A DNA stretch of 64,000 nucleotides. Origin: Mytilus trossulus (lineage: Eukaryota). The DNA lies in NCBI RefSeq assembly GCF_036588685.1, contig NC_086373.1, positions 21,576,001 through 21,640,000 of the forward strand. Direction: 5' to 3'. A program made the translations under genes and the position numbers. Shown piece after piece: positions 13,544 through 25,787 of the stretch; positions within the stretch are counted from its first letter, which is position 1, and every line of letters starts with the position of its first letter. The notes under the pieces were generated by a model, which had not been told where the DNA came from, made no database searches, and was given only the letters and a program-made list of their open reading frames with translations.

Positions 13544-15502
13544 GTCAATTGTATTTTAGTCTTTCTAAACAATCAAAACTTGAAGCATAAACATTCGTTT
13601 GAGAACGACCACAACTACTTAAAACCAGTCAACGGACCAATAACTAGCGGGATCGTCTAATTTGAAAGTCGGATTATTAGTACTTGCATGCACGCTCCGC
13701 CTCCTCTTTATATACTAAAATAAGAGTAATAACGTCAACGTTGATCTGTTAAAAAATTCTGCAAATCCATAACTACTAAAAGGTTATTGTACTTAAATGA
13801 ATATAACATGACGATTTTCCCTGTTACCTCAGAAAGCATATGCTGTTGAGAGCTTTACGCAATTAATTTTCCGAGAGAGATTTCAGATATCTAAAAGGTT
13901 CAATTTGTCAGTCGTATCGTATAAAAATAACATGTTGAAGCAACGGAGATAGTTCTATGATTTTATGTGCCATTAATTTTTTTTAGCAAATAATGCATTT
14001 TTGATATCTTAATTGTGTCAACTTAACTAAAAGGATTCTGCCGTTTTAACGGTCATGTTTCAAAGTAGGTTGTTAGAGGACAAATGTTCTTAACGGATAT
14101 CAATATGCATAAAAGGAGAGTCGTGGTACATGTATATATGTCAATAAAACCGCGACCAAACAACAACATTGAATCGAAAGCAATCACCCAAAACAGTCGG
14201 GTGTTTCATGTGAAAGCGCACGAAGTCTCGTTCGTATTAATTTTGTGATTCCGATGGTTATATATATATATTGTTCAAATATACTTTTTCACACTTTTGG
14301 TCTTTTGGAAAATGTTGTTTGTGCTGTTTTTAGACCCTTCTACAACGAAATTTGTTTGACATGCACACGTATAAAAATTGCGGTTTTTATCCAACGCAGT
14401 CATAGGTTTGAACGTAGTTTTCAATTTAGACTCGTATATATAATATATGTATATATATCTAATCCAAACAAATTTGCAGGAACTCGTATGTTAAGGATAC
14501 TACAGCATGACCCTCTCTGTCAATAGATTGAATGCGCAAGTGTAACAGTTTAAAAAAATCACTAGTATATCTAGCTTTTTATATTGATGATATTTTTAAT
14601 CGTTTTCGAACTGTCCCGAAGACTCTATAAACTAAACACGTGAAGTATTTTCCAGATAGAAGCAATGTCTACGACAATTAGAGAGTGAATTTAACAGCAA
14701 CTAACGAAGATTTGCAGATTTTGACAGCAACACCGTTCACCATGAATGAAATAAAATATAAGATAAAAGAATTACTACCACTTTGTCCTGTCCTGTTTTA
14801 AAACCCATGAGCAGAAAACCAGAAGAAAAACATCGTAATTTAAAGGATTTTCAACAATATTGGTTCGACAGTGAGAACATATAGTCACAAGATAACAACA
14901 CTAAATAACATCACATCAAAGAATGCTCATAGTTTCAGAAAAGTTTTTCTCTAATAGAACGAAATTGATGTTCGAAATTATGGTCTCACAGTTTGAATGC
15001 AGATCGTTCTTCTTTTATATAACCTCTCGTTTAAAATGTTTCTGCCATTTTGGAAGTGGATGAATATCCGTCAAACAGAAGAACAAAGACATTTCATGTT
15101 TAATTTTTATCATTATAGATTTTCGTGTGTATTATTATTCGTTGGTAAAGAGTGCATTGTACTTTTATATAACCTTAGTTTTTAAAAGACTGTTTTGCTT
15201 GGTTTTAATACAACGTTTAAGTAGTTTAAGAAATTAGTTATCATGCATGAAATCGATGCATGCTGATTACCTTTAGTATCAAACATGTTGATTACGCTAC
15301 AAAGATGCAAACTAATTAAAAATAAAATGTTAGCTTCTAAGTTAATAGGAAAATCAAGGATACATTCGATCGTTTTAAAACAAAAACACTTGGATGTAAA
15401 TTATTAATTTTTCTGGCTTTAAATTAACCTCAAGTTTTTCTAATGAAAATTTTACCATTTATGTTATTTTTTACTTGTCAATTTATTTTACTTTGTCTGT
15501 AA

Positions 15503-15599
15503 CAGCGAGTATTAAAATGATTCCTCGACTCTTTTAGTCGATATACGGGTCAGCGAGTATTAAAAAGACTACGCGACTCTATTAGTCGACATACGGGTC
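15503..15599. repeat. Two-copy ~48-bp tandem repeat
   Basis: CAGCGAGTATTAAAA..GACTCT.TTAGTCGA.ATACGGGT occurs twice. Confidence 0.8.
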
Positions 15600-18500
15600 C
15601 TAAGAGACCAGTTTTGCAGCTAGATTGGAAGACCAGACCAAACGTTCATTACATATTTTTTTGTGACAATTGGCAATCATACCACACCTTCTTTTTTATA
15701 AATTTTGTGTTTCCAATACCTCGAAGTTTTCATTCGAACCTCAATCGCACATTTCATGATATACGCCTCGATGTATATCATTTCTTCTACAGTGGCGTAA
15801 TACACCAACAGTAAATCTATGAAAATGTACATACTGTGGAAGACAGTAACTGGTAGTTTCTAATCAAGTAGACAGGCTTGACACTAAGAAAGACCAACAG
15901 CACGAAATTTGAAAGTAGGAGCTAGCTTCCCGTATTTAATAATATTCATTGTTTATGATTTCATCTTCTTTTATCTTCTTTATTCATTGTTATATAGCAT
16001 CAATTTTTTTTATGAACTGAGAACAATGTGTAAAAAGTAAAATCACCACAATACTCAACTCTGGGGAAAATTCAAAACGGAAAGTCCCTAAAAGTATGAA
16101 AAATGAGCTTGCTCTTACTTGTAAACTTAGTAATACAAAGGTAGACAATATAGAATCAGCAGAGATAAAATCAAGGGCAACCACCGCAAACTAAAAGACT
16201 ATATATATAAATAAAATTAAACCACATTTTTTTTCTTTTCTTAAGCTGCTATATTAGAATTGAAATAATTTCCTATTATTATAAGTGAAACTGATTTTCG
16301 GATAGACGTGAATATTTTCAACAGTTATATAATTGAACATCTTATTTCTTCTGAACTGGTACTTGATACAGAGACTTTCGTAATTCCATTTTCCCTACTG
16401 GCATTTTTGGCATACTAGATAATATAATTGTTAGATAACTCTTGATTCAGAAATTGAATGAGGAGGAAATGAGAATACAACTATACTGCAGGGAATGTAC
16501 GAGGATTAATTAACAAAAGGTTATGTCTATCTTTCAATCAGTTATGCTCTAGTATTGTATGCAATTTCTTAGTATTTTGGTATTTAAAGGTGCTAACGTA
16601 TTTATAATTTTGTAACTCAATAGTTTTGATTTATAGAACAGCTTCAAACATAAGGCAGCATCAGTATTTTAATAAAATCTATTACCACTCGTCGTCTGGG
16701 TCGTTAAAACTACCAGTGTACGTATCTCCCTAGCGCTTTAACACAGATTTGTGATTACGTACATTTATATTGATTTTAAGTGATACATTTTGTAATTTGT
16801 AAAAATGAATTGTTTTTACTTCGGATCTCTTGTGTTCCCTACTGGTTTTTGGCTGGATCCTAGTTGCTCGACCTATAGTTTAATGTGAGGTATTAGGGAT
16901 TATCATTTTTCTTTTATGACCATGATGTTGTATGTTTTTGATTGAACTTTTGGTTTTTAGTTGTCCGCTTGGTATTATCTCCATGTTTTACTTTAGTTCT
17001 AACTATACATATGGCAAGTTAATGTTACACTACGACTTTAGATAGTTTTAGTCACCTCTTTTGCTTGATAGTTTCCAATACATTTATATAAGTTACGTTA
17101 GCTTAACACTTTATATAATCACCAATAAAATATTCTCAATTCTTAATTCTTAAAAACACTTCAAAATGCATGTTATTTACGCTTCGCTATTACTTTAATG
17201 CATGTTTCTAACTCGAACTATAACCAAAATGCTTGTTTCTAACGCTTAACTATGACCTAAAATTATTGTGTTTACGCTTCATTATGAACAATATTATTGT
17301 TTCTTAGGCTTCGATCATTCTGAACAAAGATGATTATTTTTTTACGCTTCGTTGTGACCCAAAATGCATGTTTTTACGTTAAACTATGGCCAAAAATCCT
17401 TAAGCTCTCTTCTCATCAAATATACTAAGAAATAGCTACAAATATATAAAGGACCAACTCACCTGCATTGTGTTCCAATATCTTACACCTTAATTATATA
17501 CGTCACGGGTTCTGTACTGGACATCTGGACAATTCACATTATACAGTGGACTACAAACATAAAGAAACAAAAGAAAAATCAATTACAATATGTGCTAAAG
17601 GAACATGTGAAATAGATTTAAATTAAAAAGAGGACAATGTCTAGAATTGACCATTGTTATACAAGTGATTATATAGACACTATTGATAAAATACATGTAA
17701 GTTTAAATATGTAAGAAAATTTGTTTTAGTGGCTGGTAAAGGGTTAATAAACACCCTGCAATGCTATCCCTCTAATTATAAAGAACATAACAGTAGTTGG
17801 CACTCACACCACATCTTCCTATATCTATATGTTATAGTAAATAATGAGATCGATGGTGTACTGGTCACCATAGGATGTTAGACAATTAGAAAAACCCACA
17901 CCGTGTAGTAACTCTCCCAAATATATAACTATGGTAAAATTTCAACTCTCATTCCCAATGTTCCGTCCTTCATGCTCATCCATCTACATTAAAAACCTAC
18001 CTTGTTTTTCTCTAGTCCTGAATATGTATAACCCTTATGTTTGTAGGTGCACCTAAGTCCGTTTACTCTATATTCGACACTGTTAATGAACTGAATGAAG
18101 TAAATGTTTTCAATAGATTCCGATTTATTTACAAATAAGTTTACGTTTCAGAATCCCGGGGCGGCTATCTTTAATTGAAACTTAATTAAATGAACAGACA
18201 ACTATGTGTTCTTGTAAGATATTTACAATTATTGTCCAATCTTGTATACTGACTTTAACAGATAAGTGTCCTAAAGCCAAACTTCGTAAAATAGAGATCA
18301 TTGCTTCTTTTGAGTCGGCAAGTATTAAAAGCCTTTCATTCGCACCTTTTGTTGTCATCGATTAGGTTGTAAACCGATAAATCAGTAATTAAATCCGATA
18401 TCTAAATTATAAAGAAACATTTGAAGCAAATAAACTTATATTTTACAGCAATTTAAATACAAATAAATTCGTTCGTTTCGTTAAGAGTCATTAGTCAAAA

Positions 18501-18910
18501 TATACAACTCGTTAATAATAAATAAGAGTGTGTAGTAAGATTGTCAATACGACAAGTTTCCAACGGAGATCAAAGGACAAGAAAATACACAACTACTGGT
18601 CACAATGGGACCTTAGACAATGAGCAAAACTCGCACCATATAGTATCCTTTAAAAGACTAAAACTGAGTCTGCTACTTTATTAAAATAGTGCCAGGAATA
18701 AAAAAAAATCGATGTTAAATACCAATTGTGTGTGGGGTTATATACAACTGTTAATAATTTAATTTTGGATGAAACTCGTCTTCTGATTGGCTGACGTAAT
18801 TTTGTTATCAGCCCATATACATAATTTAGTCATGTGACCGTGACGCCATCAACGTTTTATTATGGTTTTCTACGGTTTGAAATGGAATTTAGAAAATAAA
18901 TTATAAGATA

Positions 18911-19123
18911 TGTAGTAAATGTCCGGAAAGTGATTGCCACAACCAGACTTGTTACCGGAACTTCAGTTAGTATTTACTGCGCAACCTCGCAGAATATATC
19001 CGGAGCTCAGACGACCCACTTGTGGTGAACTCCAGTCCTGGGATTCCTGCCCTATCAGTATATTCTACCAAGACAACATCTTATATTAGGAAAGGTATAT
19101 CGAATTATTGCACCTTTACAACA
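18911..19123 (+). repeat. 5' LTR (213 bp)
   Basis: TGTAGTAAA...TTTACAACA with imperfect terminal inverted repeats; 211/213 identical to the 3' LTR. Confidence 0.97.
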
Positions 19124-19124
19124 T

Positions 19125-19137
19125 TGGTGTCAGAAGT
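19125..19137 (+). promoter_or_regulatory. Primer-binding site complementary to tRNA-Leu
   Basis: TGGTGTCAGAAGT starts 1 nt after the LTR. It is the reverse complement of the 3' end of tRNA-Leu(CAA)-type tRNAs (..ACTTCTGACACCA). Confidence 0.88.
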
Positions 19138-19613
19138 CGGTTCGAATTTACTTTAAATCGACTCGAGACATTCATTGTTTCCTGACATTTTGGCGGCAAA
19201 ACTGAAAAATCACAACAAAGAAAACAAATAGTTATTGTACCTACAGAAAAGAACATTACATATTTCATGAGTATAATAATCATGGAAATTTAATGTCAGA
19301 ATTTCTGACAACCGTTTGCCCTTACATCCATTTGTTTTCATAGAAATACCTACTTTGATAATATTTGAAAATTTTCAAAATTCCTGGTGTCAGTTTTACT
19401 GACACTCCGCAATATGGCTAATCATTGAACAATTATCTTATCGTTATAAATCAGTGTCAGTGTTACTGACAATCCGCTATTTTGTTATTCAGTAAATGAT
19501 AAACTGCATATTTATATAATTGTGTCAGTGTTACTGACAGATTGCGACAAACCGCTACACGGTTATTTAGTAAATAATAAATCGCATAATTATAAACATT
19601 GCGTAAAAATAAA

Positions 19614-21163
19614 ATGGCGAAACCGATAAATATAAACAAAGCTAACTTTACGCAGTTAAAAGCGATTAAAAGGATAGGTGAAACTAGAGCCTTAGCAATA
19701 ATTGCAAAGAGAGAAGAAGAGGGATTACTTAATTTAGATAAACTTAAAGAGATTTCAGAAGCACCCCAATCATTGTGGACTGCACTGTTGAATGAGAAAA
19801 TAATTTGTTTTGAAGACCCAGAGGAGTCTGATGAAGGTCAAGAGGTCCTAAAAACACTATTGAGTCATTACGTCATAAGATTTTGTCGGTAGAAAAGTCG
19901 AGAGATGATATGGCAGAGACTTTTCAAACAAAAATTGAGAAAATTTCTGAACAGAGTAAAGCACAGATAGAAGAACAGAGGCTTATTTTTGAACAACAAA
20001 GAGACATTTATACAAAACAGAAAGAGGAACAAATTGAACAAATGAAAGAAATGATTAAATCACAGAATGATGAGATTAAAGATATACATGAATATTCAAA
20101 GAAAATTCAAACTCAACTACAGCAGAAAGAAACTGTGCTTAAGGTAGAAAAAGTAATAGCCGAAAAAGAGGAAAAAAGTAGTCCTGGTCAATTATTGAAA
20201 GGAAAATATAATGCTTATGATCATAAACATTCAGATTATGGTGGTCCCACAGCACCAAAGATGTCAACATATGATGGTAGAAATGACTGGCGTCCTTATT
20301 ATCTACAATTTAGCACTATAGCTGATAGATGCAAATGGCAGAGTGAGCAAAGGTTGTATAAATTGATTGAATGTTTGCGAGATAAAGCTTTGAAATTTTA
20401 CAGCTCAAGACCAAAGTTAGTACAAACTAATTATGAAAGCTTATGCAAGAAAATGGAAGAGCGTTTTGGTAGAAAGGAACCGCCACACATTGTAAGAAGA
20501 CTTTTACAAGATCTTAAACAAGAGCAAGAGGAATCGTTAGAGGAATTTGCAGAAAGAGCACAGGAGCTGGCTACCGATGGCTACCCGGATACACCAGATA
20601 ATTTCGTACAAACTTTGGCAACAGATGCTTTTCTTAAAGGTTGTGTAGACAAGCGTGCAGCTTTGATTGCTATGGACAAAAATCCAGATGCTCTGGATCA
20701 AGCGGTACAATATGTACGAAGTGCAGTGGCGAATCAAAAAGTCATAATGGGTACACGAAGAGCAGAAATTAAAAGGGTTTCTTTTATGGAGCAAAATGAT
20801 GAGAATGAGGATACATAGGAAACATCAGTCCGTGCAATTATGAAGTCTGACGAAGGAACAAATAAGATGAATGTGTTCGAGAAAAGATTACAGAAGACAG
20901 AAGATGATTTATTAGAAACTAAGATCATGGTAAAAAAAGTATTGAGCATAGTAAGTCAGAATATGAGGTCAAGGTCACCACAAAGAACAGATCGAGCTTT
21001 TTCGCCACAAAGAAGGTACAATAGTCCTGCAAGAGGTAATTGCTACAATTGCGGGGAAGAAGGTCATTTTAGTAGGGATTGCAAGAAGCCCAGAAATAGT
21101 TCTCCCTATCGTAATAGATCTCCATCACCAAAAGCTTTAAACGACTCGGGGCCAAGGATGTAG
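19614..21163 (+). pseudogene. gag: Gag: N-terminal ComEA-like HhH domain, coiled coil, capsid-like domain and CCHC zinc knuckle (one frameshift, one internal stop)
   Basis: Motifs: ININKANFTQLKAIKRIGETRALAIIAKRE (HhH); YDGRNDWRPYYLQF..LKQEQEESLEEFAERAQEL (capsid-like); CYNCGEEGHFSRDC (knuckle). Frameshift near 19843; in-frame TAG at 20816-20818. Confidence 0.9.
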
Positions 21164-21199
21164 GCCAATCCTTGACCTTTTCAGATGATACAGGCCAAC
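21136..21199 (+). promoter_or_regulatory. -1 programmed ribosomal frameshift signal (T TTA AAC plus stem-loop/pseudoknot)
   Basis: The heptamer TTTAAAC (21136-21142) is in the correct gag phase. After a 7-nt spacer comes the stem GGCCAAGGAT/ATCCTTGACC (21150-21177). The -1 frame is open into pol. Confidence 0.85.
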
Positions 21200-22080
21200 C
21201 GCCAACAGAAATGTCTGGTCAAGAACAGAAGTTTTCGATTCAAGAAATTTTTTCATTTTATAAAAGCAAAAAATCAAAAACTTTGTTCATTGAGATGAAA
21301 ATTTTAGGAAGAACATTTAAGGCTGTAATAGATAGTGCAGCACAAATATCTGTTTTGAGTACTTCAATTTTACCACTTTTACAGTCAACAATTAAACTAA
21401 AGGAACATTTAGTTTTGCGAGGAGCTGGAAAAAATTCTAAAATTGATGCTAGATATACAGAGGAGATACCTATCGAAATAGGGAAGTTAAAATCAAAATG
21501 GAGGTTTGTAACTGCTAACATAAATGATAATATCATTCTGGGTATTGATTTCTTGGAGAAATTTGGAGCAGTTATTGATATGGCTAACTACACAGTCCAC
21601 ATAAACAATGAGGCTATACCAGCGGTCTGTTTTGTTGGGAACGAGGGAGAAGAAATAAACTTATACAGGATTAGTATAAAAAAGAAAACAGTTGTGCCAC
21701 CTCATAGTTTAAAAATAGTTGATATGGAAATTGATCATCCCCAAGCAGATGATATCATCATTCAGCCGAAATCCAATTTAAAAGGTCTTCTGTCCCCAAA
21801 TGCTTTAATTGCTAAGGATGAATCCGTGAAGGCTGTATTTCGAAATGACACAGACACTTTTATCACATTGAAAGGGGGTCATAAATTTGGTATTGGTATG
21901 GAGATATACAATGTTGTAACTGATCAGGGTGATTTGGATGAAGACCCCGAAGTACATAGTGACAGAGTTTCTGTCAATGTCGATAATGCAAATTCGTGTA
22001 AAACGTCAGAAAACATAAGTGACAGATTTTCTGTCAGTTCGCCAACTGGTAATTTCGAGACATTGGAAAAGGTACGTGTA

Positions 22081-22290
22081 GGTGACAGGGTTTCTGCTGG
22101 TCCATCCCAAGGTGACAGATTTTCTGTCAGTCCGCCTCAAGGTGACAGATTTTCTGTCAGTCCGTCCCAAGGTGACAGATTTTCTGTCAATCCTTCCCAA
22201 GGTGACAGATTTTCTGTCAGTCCGCCTCAAGGTGACAGATTTTCTGTCAAACCGCTCAAAGGTGACAGATTTTCTGTCAAACCGTCCACA
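22081..22290 (+). repeat. In-frame 30-bp tandem repeat (7 units, GDRFSVSPxQ) in the PR-RT linker
   Basis: GGTGACAGATTTTCTGTCAGTCCGCCTCAA-type units at a 30-bp period; two further degenerate cores at 21960 and 22020. Confidence 0.95.
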
Positions 22291-25200
22291 GAAATTCGTT
22301 CTATACTAAAAGATGGAAATTCTGTAAATAAACTAAACAAATTAAAAGAACTCAATTCTAAGATTCCAGAACACCTAAAAGATTTGTATACTCGAACAGT
22401 AAAAGATTTTGACATAGATCGTAGCATAAAGATTGCTGAAGTACTCATTGAATTTCAAAATATTTTTTCTAAAGGCGACATGGATCTGGGATTGTTTAAT
22501 GGGGATATTAAACATCGAATTCACACAGGGGAGGCAGCTGCAATTAAACAACAAATGCGTAGAACTCCACTGAAATTTGAGAATGAAGAAGAAAAACATC
22601 TTAGTCAAATGTTAGATAAGGGGGTTATTAAACCTTCTATTTCAGATTGGTGTTCCTGTCCTGTTTTAGTAAGAAAGAAGGACGGCAGTCTGAGGTACTG
22701 TATTGATTTTCGTCCCCTTAATAAAGTGACAACTAAGGACGTGTTTCCTTTGCCAAAGATTGAGTTTTGTATGGATACTTTGAGAGGAAGTGCCTACATG
22801 AGTACGTTGGACATGGCTGCAGGTTATTGGCAAATAGAGATCGATGAGAAAGATCGACATAAAACGGCTTTCGTCACGAAATATGGACTTTTCGAGCATG
22901 TCCGACTGCCTTTTGGATTATGTAACTCACCAGCTACTTTCAGCCGAGTCATTCAGTTGGTTTTGAAAGGTCTGACATGGAGAGAATGCCTTGCATATTT
23001 GGATGATGTCATCGTTTTAGGTCACAGTTTTGATGACCATTTGATTAAGCTTCTGCACATCTTAAAAAGATTTCAGTACTACAATTTAAAACTTAAACCG
23101 TCCAAATGTTTCTTATTTCAAAAAGAAGTCAAGTTTTTGGGGAAAATTGTAAACAAAGATGGTATTTCAGTAAATCCGGAGAATATGCAGACTGTAAAAA
23201 GTTGGCCAAGACCAAAAAAAAAAAGGAGCTGGAATCTTTTCTCGGGTTCACAAACTACCACAGGGAACACATAAAGAATTATGCTGAAATTGCTGTGTCT
23301 TTGCATAAATTAACAGGAGGAAAATCAGAGTTTTTATGGACTGAAGAACAGGAAAATGCTTTCGAACAACTAAAAATAGCACTAGTAAATTCTTCTGTTT
23401 TAGCCTATCCTGATCCGGAAGCTACCTTCATACTTGATACTGATGCCTCGGACAAAACCATTGGTGCTGAACTTAGCCAACTACAAGATGGAAAAGAAAG
23501 AACGATAAGCTTTTCGAGTAAGGTTTTAACACCAGCTCAGAAAAAGTATTGCACAACTCGAAAGGAGTTATTGGCTATTGTCACTTTTACAAGGCAGTAT
23601 AGACATTATTTACTAGGTAACCAGTTTGTTGTCCGTACAGATCATAATAGTCTCACTTGGCTGTTAAATTTCAAGAATATTGAAGGTCAACTAGCTCGGT
23701 GGATTGAGGATTATCACAATATAACATGTTAGTTCAACATAGACCAGGTAAAAAACATGTAAACGCAGATGCTCTTTCACGAATCCCAGATACACTTAAT
23801 GAATGCAATTCATACTTGCCAAGTATTCCACTTAATAATCTTCCATGTGGAGGTTGTAAATACTGTACAAGAGCCCGGAGTCAGTGGTCCACATTTGAAG
23901 AAGAAGTAGACTTTGTTAAACCACTAACCGTACGTGCTGTAAGCATTAAAGATGTCACATCCACAAAAGGGAAGATATTACAGCCTTATACTGAAAATGA
24001 ATTAAGAGACGCACAAAAAAATGACATAGATCTGAGTACTGTTATTGCCTGGTTATCTACTGATTTCTCTCCTTCAAAACAAGACTTACAGATGAGTAGT
24101 CCATTGGTAAGGCATTTGTGGCAGTCAAAATCTGAACTTGAGTTTAGAAATGGTATACTCTACTATTTTTGGGATGATGCAGTTGCACCAAGGCTCTTGT
24201 TTATAACACCAAGGAAATTAAGACAGGCAATGCTTCATCTTTGTCATGATTTACGATCAGCTGGACATTTAGGACAAGATAAAACCTTGGCAAAATTAAG
24301 ACACACAGTTTACTGGTATGGAATGACAATGGACTGTAAACTTTATGTTTCAACATGCCATATATGCAATAGATACAAAAAACCTTTGAAGAGAGCCAAA
24401 GCAGAATTGGGTAGGTACCATTCAGGCGTTCCCTTTGAACGTATTCATTTGGATATACTTGGACCATTGCCAGTCACTCAACAGAATAATAAGTATGTTC
24501 TGGTCATCATAGATCAATTTACTAAGTGGTTGGAATGTTGTCCCTTGCCAAACCAAAATGCTGAAGTGGTAGCAAAAGCTTTGATGGATAGCACTATATC
24601 TAGATTCGGTTGTCCCATGGAGCTACATACAGACCAAGGCAAAAATGTAGATGGGAGGGTTATTAGACAACTATGTGATCTTCTTGAAGTTTCCAAGACA
24701 AGAACATCTGCATACCATCCTGCCTCCAACGGTCAGGTTGAGAGATATAATAGAATAATTACTCAATTAATCCGTTGTTTCTTAAAGAAGAATCAAAACA
24801 GATGGGATATCCACCTACAACAACTAGCAGGTGCTATCAGAGCAACAGAGAATCGACAGACTGGTTTTACACCGAATTTCATGGTTTTCGGACGAGAGGT
24901 AAATCAGCCTATTGATCTGGTTTTAGGACAAATAAAGGAACGTTTTCCAGATCAAGATATTTGTAAGTATGTTCAAAGTTTAAGAAATTCTTTAGAGGAC
25001 GCTCATGATATCGCCAGAGATAATCTAAAATCTGCGCAGAAACGTCAAAAGCAAGATTATGATTTAAATCTCAACTTTAGAAAATATTGTGTAGGAGATA
25101 TTGTACTAAAATTAGATACAGCCAGGAAAGTAGGGATATCCCCAAAATTAAAAGCTCCATGGAAAGGTCCATATGTGGTCATTGAAGTTAAGTCTCCAGC

Positions 25201-25787
25201 ATTGCTAAAGATTAAAGACAGAAAAAGAGAGGAAGTCGTGCATCATGATAGACTCAAGCTGTGCATTGACAGAGAAATACCGTTATGGTTACAGAGACTT
25301 AGAAATGATATTCTTGGACGAGCTGAGAATAAATTGGAGCGAGACACTGATATGGAGCTGGAGGATTTATATCTGGATATTTTATTTAGTGGTGAGAATC
25401 AGAATACTCAAAATGGTTTGAATCCTCTGTCAGAATCTCTGACTGACGATCTTGATAACAATGATCCCTTCTTGGTGTCATATTCTCTGACAAACAATTA
25501 TAATAATGAACAGATAATTCTTAAAGATCTTCATTCACTTATTGATATCCCGTCCGATTTAGACGCAACACTCGCTTATGACTTGAGTCAAAATTCGCTG
25601 CTTCCGAATAGTGATGATATAAATCGCGATACAGACAAATTAGATAATGGGTCCAAACAGGGACAAGTAGGTAGGCGCAAAAGACAAATGCCATCCTACT
25701 TACATGATTATGTACAGTAGATATTTTGAAATAGTGTAAATAGGATTATTATGTATATATTTACATGTTCGTTAATTTATTTTAAGT

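Larger units (their letters stand above)
21136..25720 (+). pseudogene. pol: Pol polyprotein: aspartic protease, RT, RNase H, integrase (two 1-nt frameshifts)
   Basis: PR: AVIDSAAQISV. RT: LRYCIDFRPLN, LPFGLCNSPATF, YLDD. RH: LDTDAS..ELLAIV..VRTDH. IN: HHCC, HLDILGP, TDQG, GQVERYN, WKGPY. Frameshifts at the A-run 23214-23224 and near 23710. Confidence 0.96.

Noticed and set aside
20816-20818. Programmed stop-codon readthrough in gag
   Set aside because: The context TAG GAA ACA is not a known readthrough signal, and a clear -1 frameshift site already explains pol expression. A point mutation or sequencing error is more likely.
22081-22290. Palindromic 30-bp repeats resembling a CRISPR array
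   Set aside because: There are no unique spacers and no cas genes, the context is eukaryotic, and the repeat is in-frame inside pol.
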